A DNA stretch of 63,925 nt, the filler included. It is 5 parts of 5 records of this genome, joined end to end, with 100 filler letters (N's around TTAATTAATTAA, not from the genome) between each part and the next. Parts side by side here need not be neighbours in the genome. Positions count along the whole stretch, not along the records: positions 52,156 to 58,486 come from SRR31147125_43407; positions 58,587 to 63,925 come from SRR31147125_43497; 3 more parts are not named here. The stretch is one strand, 5' to 3'. Position numbers and translations under genes: made by a program. Position 1 is the first letter of the stretch; each line of letters begins with the position of its first letter. Shown here in pieces: positions 56,406 through 63,925 of this stretch. The notes beneath the pieces were generated by a model, which was not told the origin of the DNA, made no database searches, and saw only the letters and a list, made by a program, of their open reading frames with translations.

Positions 56406-58484
56406 TTATTTATATTCATCCATGCTGCTGAAATCGAGGTATTGATAGATGCTTTGCTGGGCAGGGGCAATGTTTTCTTTGTAAGTAGCAAAATATTCAT
56501 CAGGTGTTGGCAGTTTACCGGTAAGGGCGATAACTGCAGCAAGTTCAGCACTGCCTAGGAATACCTGTGCGCCTGCTCCCATGCGGTTATCAAAGTTACG
56601 GGTACTTGAGGAGAAGACTGTGACATTGTCATCGACTCTGGCCTGATTACCCATACAGAGGCTACAGCCAGGTATCTCAATTCTGGCTCCGGCTGCTTCA
56701 AGAATATCTAGTACACCTTCTTTTTCCAGCTGAGCTTTATCCATACGTGTTGGCGGAGTAATCCAGAGGCGTTTTACACCAATTTTTTTGTCTTTGAGTA
56801 TTTTTGCTGCTGCTCTGAAATGCGCAATATTGGTCATGCAAGAGCCGATAAAGACTTCGTCGATCTCTTTGCCTGAGTATTCTGAAAGCCAGCCGACTTT
56901 GTCTGGGTTGTTCGGCAGGGCAAGAGCTGGTTCGGCAATTTCATTGACATCAAGCTCGATAGTTGAAGCGAACTCTGCATTGTCATCACGGCGGAGCAGT
57001 ACAGGTTCTGCAAGCCATGCCTCTGCTTCGGTAATGCGCTGCTCCAGAGCTGCACTGTCCTGATAGCCGTCACGAACCATACTCTTCATCAAGGCGACAT
57101 TACTTCTGACATATTCTGCAACCTTCTCTTTGCTGAGGTCTACAGTGCAGGCGGCAGCACTTCTCTCTGCGGCTGCGCAGGAGAGTTCGAAGGCCTGCTC
57201 GACCGAGAGGTCTTTGGTAATGCCTTCGATCTCGAGGATGCGGCTGTTGAAGATATTCTTACTGCCTTTGCCGAACTCTGACTGGAGGCCAAGCTTGATA
57301 GCCATAATCGGAATATAGTTTACTGCGTCACGCAGGGTAATGCCTTCTTTGAATTTGCCTTTGAGTTTTACTAAAACAGATTCCGGCATATCAAGGGGCA
57401 TACAGCCGAGGGCTGAAGCGAAGGCAACCAGACCAGAACCTGCAGGGAAGGAGATACCGATTGGGAAGCGGGTATGGCTGTCACCGCCGGTGCCGACTGT
57501 GTCAGGCAGGAGGAGGCGGTTGAGCCAGCTGTGGATAATACCATCGCCCGGTTTGAGAGCAACACCACCACGGCTGGAGATAAAGTCTGGTAGGGTTTTA
57601 TGCATCAGCAGGTCACGGTCTTTCGGGTAGGCTGCTGTATGGCAGAAACTCTGCATGGTAAGCGGAGCCTGGAAGTTCAGACATGCCAGTTCTGTCATTT
57701 CATCACGGGTCATTGGGCCTGTTGTGTCCTGAGAGCCGACAGTAGTCATGGTTGGTTCACAGGTCTCTCCCGGGATTACTCCGGCTTTGTCGCAGGCCTT
57801 GCCGACAAGTTTCTGTGCTAGTGAGTATCCCTGATCTGTACCAAGTTTTGGAGTGTCTGGTTTGATAAAGATAGTATCAGGTTCGAGGTTGAGTGCTGCT
57901 CTTGCCTGTGCGGTCAGCTTTCTGCCGATGATAAGCGGTACGCGTCCGCCGGCACGGTATTCGTCTGGGAGGGTTTTTGGACTCAACTCAAAGGTTGAGA
58001 TAACAGAGTCGTCTTCTGCTCTGATTTCACATTTTACTGTATCTATAGTGATTACCTGTCCACTGGCAATTTCTTGCACATCGCAACGTATTGGCAGACC
58101 GCCTGAGTCTTCGAAGGTATTGAAGAAGATCGGGGCAATCGCACTACCGAGAACGACACCGCCACGGCGCTTGTTCGGGACACAAGGGATATCTTCACCA
58201 ATTGCCCAGATAAGAGAGTTGGTCGCAGATTTACGTGAGCTGCCTGTGCCGACAGTATCACCGACAAAAGCAACCTCAAAGCCTTCTTCTTTGAATCCGG
58301 CTATTGTCGCGTTGCCATCAGGGAATCTGGTCTCACCCATCGCTTTTGCATGGAGGGGGATGTCAGGTCTGGTGGGAGCGTGTGATGCTGGTGAAAGGTC
58401 GTCTGTGTTGATCTCACCTTCAACTTTATAAACTTTCTTTTTGAGTATGGCTGGGAGTTCTGCTTTACTGGTAAACCACTCTGC
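56406..58484 (-). CDS. acnB: Aconitate hydratase B (5' truncated)
   Basis: AEWFT...GEINTDDLSPA...RPDIPLHA, VGTGSSRKSA, SQDTTGPMT, SFCHTAAYPK, GGDSHTRF, GSCMTN, GCSLCMGNQ and STRNFDNR. Confidence 0.96.
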   Translation of the reverse strand, partial: AEWFTSKAELPAILKKKVYKVEGEINTDDLSPASHAPTRPDIPLHAKAMGETRFPDGNATIAGFKEEGFEVAFVGDTVGTGSSRKSATNSLIWAIGEDIPCVPNKRRGGVVLGSAIAPIFFNTFEDSGGLPIRCDVQEIASGQVITIDTVKCEIRAEDDSVISTFELSPKTLPDEYRAGGRVPLIIGRKLTAQARAALNLEPDTIFIKPDTPKLGTDQGYSLAQKLVGKACDKAGVIPGETCEPTMTTVGSQDTTGPMTRDEMTELACLNFQAPLTMQSFCHTAAYPKDRDLLMHKTLPDFISSRGGVALKPGDGIIHSWLNRLLLPDTVGTGGDSHTRFPIGISFPAGSGLVAFASALGCMPLDMPESVLVKLKGKFKEGITLRDAVNYIPIMAIKLGLQSEFGKGSKNIFNSRILEIEGITKDLSVEQAFELSCAAAERSAAACTVDLSKEKVAEYVRSNVALMKSMVRDGYQDSAALEQRITEAEAWLAEPVLLRRDDNAEFASTIELDVNEIAEPALALPNNPDKVGWLSEYSGKEIDEVFIGSCMTNIAHFRAAAKILKDKKIGVKRLWITPPTRMDKAQLEKEGVLDILEAAGARIEIPGCSLCMGNQARVDDNVTVFSSSTRNFDNRMGAGAQVFLGSAELAAVIALTGKLPTPDEYFATYKENIAPAQQSIYQYLDFSSMDEYK

Positions 58485-58486
58485 AG

Positions 58487-58586
58487 NNNNNNNNNNNNNN
58501 NNNNNNNNNNNNNNNNNNNNNNNNNNNNNNTTAATTAATTAANNNNNNNNNNNNNNNNNNNNNNNNNNNNNNNNNNNNNNNNNNNN
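58487..58586. other. Artificial contig linker
   Basis: N44-TTAATTAATTAA-N44. Confidence 0.98.
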
Positions 58587-58830
58587 TTTCATCCCCAAGT
58601 TGTCCTCCAGGATAAACCTCAATAATAATCTTTCCATTTGTTCTTTCTTTTACTAATCTTGCAAACTCTTTGTCTGCCATAATTGTAGGGTAACCTTCGT
58701 TATGCACATCTGCTAATCTTAATACAATTGGTTTGTCAGTTTTCTTTTTCTTCTTATTGAACCAACCTCCAAATGCTGTTGATGATAAAGCAAGGCATAA
58801 TAATAACGTCAACGATAAAATCTTTTTCAT
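58587..58830 (-). CDS. dctP: TRAP transporter substrate-binding protein DctP family (3' truncated)
   Basis: Signal peptide, LRLADVHNEGYPT, FARLVKERTNGKIIIEVYPGGQLGDE and an AGGAGG RBS. Confidence 0.88.
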
Positions 58831-58964
58831 AAAAACAATTCCTCCTTTTTAATATTTTGTTTTTTAAGCGTCCGATTTGTTCTGATATAATTATATACTG
58901 TCCTGCTTTTTATCACCATGGACTAATTTGGCATCATCTTACATTTTTTGTCAAATAGCATTTT

Positions 58965-60488
58965 TTACATTTTCGAATATTTCGTTGCAGATATACCCAT
59001 ATACTTCTTAAACGCTCTACTAAAGTAGTTTGGATCAGCATATCCAAGCTCAAAAGCAGTTTCTTTAATTGATTTCTGCTCATCTCTAAGCATCTTCTTC
59101 GCCTTCTCCATTTTTACTCTTATTACATAATCTTTGAAATTTACCTTCTCAACTTTTTTAAAGAGTTTACTTAGATAATATGAGCTTAAATCAATTTTTT
59201 CAGCTACATCATCCAGTGAGATATTCTGTTTATAGTTTTCATTAATATACTTTTTCACTTCATCTATTACCACTGTATTTTTATCTCTTTTGTTAGTTGA
59301 GATATTCAAAACTATCTCATTTAGCACATTTTTAATATACTCCCCTATTTTAGCAAGCTCAGATATATCATTAATTTTGTTTCTAACACTCTCAAGGTTA
59401 AAAGCTTGGAAATCCTCTCCCCAAAACTCCATTATATTTCTATTAAGTATCAACAAAAATTCATCCAAATGTTGCCTTGTATCCTGCTCATTTGATGCAC
59501 CTGATATGATCCCAGCAAATATCTTCTCAAATACATTTATAGTAGCATCACTATTCTCATTTATTATCATTTTGAAGAGTTTCTGCTCCTCTCTATAATC
59601 ATATTTAAGACTTTGTTGCTTAGTGAGATTAGTTATATTTAGAGATTTTGCCTCTTCATACGCCACATGCATCTTATCCGAATACTTATAAACCCCACTA
59701 ATACTTACATTTATTTCATGAGAAAATTCTGATTTGAGATAGTTTTTCAACCTCTCTATAGCATCGTCCAGCCTTTTATTTTCTTGTTTCTCTTCTAATT
59801 TTTTATCAAATAAAACAAATATAAATTCATCAATATATATACCTGATATCATATAAAATATATCAAACGATAGCTGAGTTTTTATCTTTCGTAATAAGTT
59901 CTCCTTTGGCGATGATAGATTATCAAACTTGACAATCATACAGCTATACTCAGCTATATTTACATCTAACATCTTGAGATACTCTGCATATTCACCTACA
60001 TCTTGTGAGCCGTAAATCACCTTCATTATTAGTTCCCTCTCTAGGAAGGGTAACAGTTTTCTTTGTTTGTTAGTAAGCTCTTTTATTTTGTGTTTCTGTT
60101 TATTTCTCTCATCAATTTTCTGAATAATTTTAGACACTGCTTCCTCAAATTCATCATTGGATGTTGGTTTTAGGAGATAATCATTAATCCCTAACTTTAT
60201 AGCTTCTTTGGCATATTCAAAATAACTATATGCAGTTAGTATTATTATCTCAACATCCTCACCTAGCTCATTTTTTATCTCAGCTGATGCTTTCAGCCCA
60301 TCTTTCTCCGGCATATTGATATCCATCAAAATAATATCTGGTTTATGAAGCCTTGCTTTTTTTACTGCTTCCTCACCATTAGCTGCTTCACAAATCACCT
60401 CTAATTTATTCTCGAAGAATTTGTTACACAGAAAATTAAGCGCTTTTCTCTCTAAAGGTTCATCCTCTGCAATCATCACTCTATACAT
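58965..60488 (-). CDS. Response regulator with C-terminal AraC HTH (YesN-like)
   Basis: VMIAEDE, DINMPEKDG, YLLKP, ISLDDVAE..LSSYYLSKLFK and GYADPNYFSRAFKK. Confidence 0.93.
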   Translation of the reverse strand: MYRVMIAEDEPLERKALNFLCNKFFENKLEVICEAANGEEAVKKARLHKPDIILMDINMPEKDGLKASAEIKNELGEDVEIIILTAYSYFEYAKEAIKLGINDYLLKPTSNDEFEEAVSKIIQKIDERNKQKHKIKELTNKQRKLLPFLERELIMKVIYGSQDVGEYAEYLKMLDVNIAEYSCMIVKFDNLSSPKENLLRKIKTQLSFDIFYMISGIYIDEFIFVLFDKKLEEKQENKRLDDAIERLKNYLKSEFSHEINVSISGVYKYSDKMHVAYEEAKSLNITNLTKQQSLKYDYREEQKLFKMIINENSDATINVFEKIFAGIISGASNEQDTRQHLDEFLLILNRNIMEFWGEDFQAFNLESVRNKINDISELAKIGEYIKNVLNEIVLNISTNKRDKNTVVIDEVKKYINENYKQNISLDDVAEKIDLSSYYLSKLFKKVEKVNFKDYVIRVKMEKAKKMLRDEQKSIKETAFELGYADPNYFSRAFKKYMGISATKYSKM

Positions 60489-61977
60489 TCTCTACACCTC
60501 CAGATTGTTCTTCCATTGGAATAACTATTGTCACTTTAGTTCCCTTGTCTAACTCACTCTCCAAATGTAGCAGATCCTCTCTATCAAAATAGAACGCAAG
60601 CATCTTTCGTATATTATTTAGACCTATTCTCGTTGAACTCTCATCTTTTGATTTTTTTCGCAACTCATTAAATATCACAGAAAGCTCATTTTCACTTATG
60701 CCTTTACCGTTATCAGAAACCTCAATTTTTAAAAACTCTCCATCTCGTATAACCTTTACACATATTTCGCCTTGTCTCTCTTCATTTTGAAATCCATGTA
60801 TAACGGAATTTTCAACCAAGGGCTGGATTAACATTGGAGGGATTATCACATTTAAAATCTCCTCTTCAAATTCAAATTTAAAACTAATACGCGACTGAAA
60901 CCTCGTCTCCTGAATAACAGCATAAGCTTTTAGCACAGACATCTCTTCACCTAATGTAACTGTTTTACCCATATGTTCCAGATTAAATCTGAGTATCTTC
61001 GATATTGATTCTATTAACTTTACAGATGTATCGGCATTTTCAAACATCGCCACACGACTAATAATATTAAGTGTATTAAATAAAAAATGTGGATCCATCT
61101 GCGCCTGAAGTGTTTGAAGTTGTGACTCTTTTAGAAGTTTATCTTTCTGGATATTATTCATGCGAGCTTGATTTAGATTTTTTTCAAGTTCAGCTTTTTG
61201 TTGCAACTCTTCGATAAAAGCTTTAATATTAACCTTCATCTTATTAAATGCAAAAGCAAGTGTATTCAGCTCTTGGTAGTAACCTTTTTCAATATCTGGT
61301 ATCTCCCAATGTGCATCTGAGAGAAGTTTTGCTGATTCACTCAGGTTATCTACAGTTGATAATATATCATTTAACCTTTTTATAGCTATTCCAAATACCA
61401 GTAGCGAAAATACCACAAAGAAGGTATATAGATTATTCTCTGTTTTCTTATAATCCTCCAGTAATTTGGAATATCTCTTACTACTGTAATCTAGGTAAGC
61501 TACAGATAAAAGTTGAAAGTGCCTATTCATATAGCTAAATAGGGTTTTAATTTCAGTAATCTTGCTATATGTAGCTTCATTCAGACTTCTATCAGCTATG
61601 ATTCGATTAGCTAGTTTAGATTGATAGTCATACATGTTATTTAGATTCCTCATGAAGATTAAACTCTGATTATCATAAAGCTCCTCATCTAGTTGAGCTA
61701 GAGCTAACTCTATTTCCCCTCTGGCTTCTATATACTCCTCATAAGTTTCATTATCTCTTCCTCTGATATACCTATCAAAAAGAACTGCATAGTTATTCAC
61801 ATCGTATGATAATCTACTAATCATCATACTGGTTTGCATAGATTTATCATATTCACTTACTATGACTTTCTTCATAAAAAAAGAAGTCAAAAACATAATT
61901 ATCATTACAGAAAAAATTATCGAAAATATATAGCGACTACTTTTTTTTATTGATTTTACTTGATTTTTCCTATTCAT
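60481..61977 (-). CDS. Sensor histidine kinase (YesM/LytS-type His_kinase)
   Basis: Two TM helices, HAMP, LQAQMDPHFLFNTLN, QPLVENSVIHG, SDNGKG and IGLNN. Start MNRKNQ follows AGGAGA. Confidence 0.92.
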   Translation of the reverse strand: MNRKNQVKSIKKSSRYIFSIIFSVMIIMFLTSFFMKKVIVSEYDKSMQTSMMISRLSYDVNNYAVLFDRYIRGRDNETYEEYIEARGEIELALAQLDEELYDNQSLIFMRNLNNMYDYQSKLANRIIADRSLNEATYSKITEIKTLFSYMNRHFQLLSVAYLDYSSKRYSKLLEDYKKTENNLYTFFVVFSLLVFGIAIKRLNDILSTVDNLSESAKLLSDAHWEIPDIEKGYYQELNTLAFAFNKMKVNIKAFIEELQQKAELEKNLNQARMNNIQKDKLLKESQLQTLQAQMDPHFLFNTLNIISRVAMFENADTSVKLIESISKILRFNLEHMGKTVTLGEEMSVLKAYAVIQETRFQSRISFKFEFEEEILNVIIPPMLIQPLVENSVIHGFQNEERQGEICVKVIRDGEFLKIEVSDNGKGISENELSVIFNELRKKSKDESSTRIGLNNIRKMLAFYFDREDLLHLESELDKGTKVTIVIPMEEQSGGVENV

Positions 61978-62132
61978 TTTATTTCTCCTATAGTTAATAC
62001 TATGATATTTTTTAGACAAAATTAACAAATCAGACTTAACTAAAGGATACATTTATTGAAAGCAAAATTCAAGCTGTTTTAATTTTCTTTTTTTATTTGT
62101 TATACTGATTAATCTATTTTTTACAAAAATCT

Positions 62133-62185
62133 AGCTGACTAAAAACTCTTCATTCTTTTAACAAATTCAGTGTTTTTAGTCAGCT
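62133..62185. terminator. 14-bp inverted repeat downstream of the dehydrogenase gene
   Basis: AGCTGACTAAAAAC-N25-GTTTTTAGTCAGCT. Confidence 0.5.
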
Positions 62186-62206
62186 TATTTAGATTATTAT
62201 TATTTT

Positions 62207-63820
62207 CTATAAATATTTTCGAAGAGTATTTCTAATTGCAGATTTGCCTGCGATAAACTCCTTGAAGTAACCCTCTATATCTTTACCTAAACCGACAGCG
62301 TACATGTCGCTTCCAAATATACTCTCATTCGACAATATCTCTTTTAAAGAGTTCCCAACTGATTCAGGCTCTCCTAGTTTGATATTTTCAAAATAAGGTT
62401 TAAGTGTATCAATCATAGGGTCAGGGCTAAGTGTAAACTCTTCGCCATTATCATCAATAGCCATTAGGTATCTTAACCATCCTGCTAATGTAAGCGGGAT
62501 ATATTTTAGAGATTTTGGATCAAGATCATCTCTGTCACCATAAGCCTTGATCGTTTCACCAAATCTGATTCCCAATTTCTGAGATGTATCTGTTGCAATT
62601 CTCTGAGGTGTGTCAGGTATAAATGGATTTGGAAATCTTTCCTCAAGGACTTCCTTTATGAAGTCTTCTGGATTAAGTATTCCAGGATTTACAACAACTG
62701 GTAATCCTTCTACGTAACCTATTTTTTCTACTAAACTCTTTAACTCTGTATCTTTCATCTCATCTGCAACTAGATTATGTCCTAATAAACATCCAAATAC
62801 AGCCAGTGCAGTATGCAGAGGATTAAGGCAAGTACAAACCTTCATTTTTTCTACTTTATTTACTGTTTCTCTATCTGTAAACATTACTCCTACATCTTCT
62901 AAACTCGTTCTACCGTTAGGGAATTTATCCTCTATTATCAGGTATTCTGGCCCTTCAGCATTTACATATGATGCTGTAAATGTATTTTTCTTTGTCTGAA
63001 TTATATCTGCGTCGGCGATACCAAGTTCTTTTAGTTTATCGCTAACAAATTCTGATGGTCTAGGAGTAATCTTGTCTATCATTGACCAAGGGAAACTCAC
63101 TTTGCTTTCATCACATATATAGTCAAGGAACTCTTTTTCTACATGACCATTTTCTACCCATTTTTCTACAATGGTTCTCACTGCATTATGCAGTTTTTCT
63201 CCGTTGTGTGAGCAGTTATCCATACTAACAAATGCTAGTGGATAAGCACCAGCTTTGTATCTAATGTAAGCAAGAGAAGCTATCTTCGCCATAGTATTTT
63301 TAGGATCTGCAACACCATTCTCCATATCTACAACTACATCATCAAAGAACTCTCCTGACATTTTATTTAGGTTATAACCCTTCTCTGTTATTGTAAAACT
63401 ACATATTTGTAATGAAGGATTAGCAAACACATCCTCTAATCTAGCCCAGTTATCAGCTCTAGATTTATCAGCTATAAGGCTCTCTGTCACACTTGCAAGC
63501 ACTGTTTTATCTAAGCTTCCATCAGGCTTCATAATTACAAGCATACTTAAATTATCAAAAGGAGCGTATGCTCTATCAACTACTTCAAAGTCAAATGTTT
63601 CAGCAGCGATAATACCAGTATCATCTTTACCTGTTTCTAACATCTTTTGTTGAAGTGCGCATACGAAACCTCTAAATATATTTCCTGCACCAAAATGAAT
63701 CCATTTCGGATTAGTTTTTGTATTCGCTATTACTTTATCTACATCTAAATCTGGCAAATTAACACCTGTATTTTGCCAGCTCGCTTTATCTTTTATACTT
63801 TCAAGGTTTAATTTTAACAA
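62207..63820 (-). CDS. uxuB: Mannitol dehydrogenase family protein (probable D-mannonate oxidoreductase/fructuronate reductase)
   Basis: WIHFGAGNIFRG, TITEKGY, SMDNCSHNG, MIDKITP, KVCTCLNPLH and RIATDTSQK. TTG start after AGAGGAGG. Confidence 0.8.
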   Translation of the reverse strand: MLKLNLESIKDKASWQNTGVNLPDLDVDKVIANTKTNPKWIHFGAGNIFRGFVCALQQKMLETGKDDTGIIAAETFDFEVVDRAYAPFDNLSMLVIMKPDGSLDKTVLASVTESLIADKSRADNWARLEDVFANPSLQICSFTITEKGYNLNKMSGEFFDDVVVDMENGVADPKNTMAKIASLAYIRYKAGAYPLAFVSMDNCSHNGEKLHNAVRTIVEKWVENGHVEKEFLDYICDESKVSFPWSMIDKITPRPSEFVSDKLKELGIADADIIQTKKNTFTASYVNAEGPEYLIIEDKFPNGRTSLEDVGVMFTDRETVNKVEKMKVCTCLNPLHTALAVFGCLLGHNLVADEMKDTELKSLVEKIGYVEGLPVVVNPGILNPEDFIKEVLEERFPNPFIPDTPQRIATDTSQKLGIRFGETIKAYGDRDDLDPKSLKYIPLTLAGWLRYLMAIDDNGEEFTLSPDPMIDTLKPYFENIKLGEPESVGNSLKEILSNESIFGSDMYAVGLGKDIEGYFKEFIAGKSAIRNTLRKYL

Positions 63821-63872
63821 TGTCTAGTTTCCTCCTCTAATTTAATAATTCTTTTTAATTTCAATTATTCTT

Positions 63873-63899
63873 GTAGGGACGTATTGATATACGTCCAAC
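63873..63899 (+). repeat. GTAG-type REP-like palindrome
   Basis: GTAG-GGACGTAT-TGAT-ATACGTCC-AAC, a perfect 8-bp stem after GTAG. Only one copy is in the window. Confidence 0.5.
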
Positions 63900-63925
63900 A
63901 TTACAATAGGAATATTACTCTGGGC

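Noticed and set aside
1-63925. rRNA, tRNA genes and CRISPR arrays
   Set aside because: None were recognised. Intergenic regions are short and lack cloverleaf or repeat-spacer patterns.

Overview
This window is not one locus. It is five unrelated contigs joined by artificial 100-bp linkers (N44-TTAATTAATTAA-N44), so it looks like a metagenome or mixed-culture pseudomolecule. Contig 1 (1-5833, Desulfobacteraceae-like): lpxA-lpxI-lpxB, a CorC/HlyC hemolysin-family transporter, gldA, and a pheA start preceded by a Phe/Tyr-rich leader-peptide attenuator. Contig 2 (5934-28032, Desulfobulbales-like): a PAS kinase and sigma54 activator pair upstream of a sigma54 operon of [apparently catalytically dead IS1595-like transposase]-ftsH-[5-heme cytochrome c3]-[HmcB-like Fe-S subunit]. 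It continues with LysE, ACT and hybrid-kinase genes, an ATP-grasp/transglutaminase deletion chimera, ppdK, and a YbbAP/TesA-like cluster. Contig 3 (28133-52055) is entirely one reading frame of about 7,970 codons, with one single-base frameshift and open at both ends. It encodes LamG, a very long Cys-stapled beta-solenoid, PSI/EGF and choice-of-anchor A domains, and may be eukaryotic. Contig 4 (52156-58486, possibly PVC superphylum): mnmD, HU/IHF, a Ser/Thr kinase, a 4Fe-4S membrane protein and acnB. Contig 5 (58587-63925, low GC): a mannitol/fructuronate dehydrogenase, a YesM/YesN-like pair and a TRAP dctP. At least eight single-base frameshifts, mostly at homopolymers and including the normally essential lpxB, are most likely sequencing errors. 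Taxonomic labels are inferred from protein style and composition, not from database searches.
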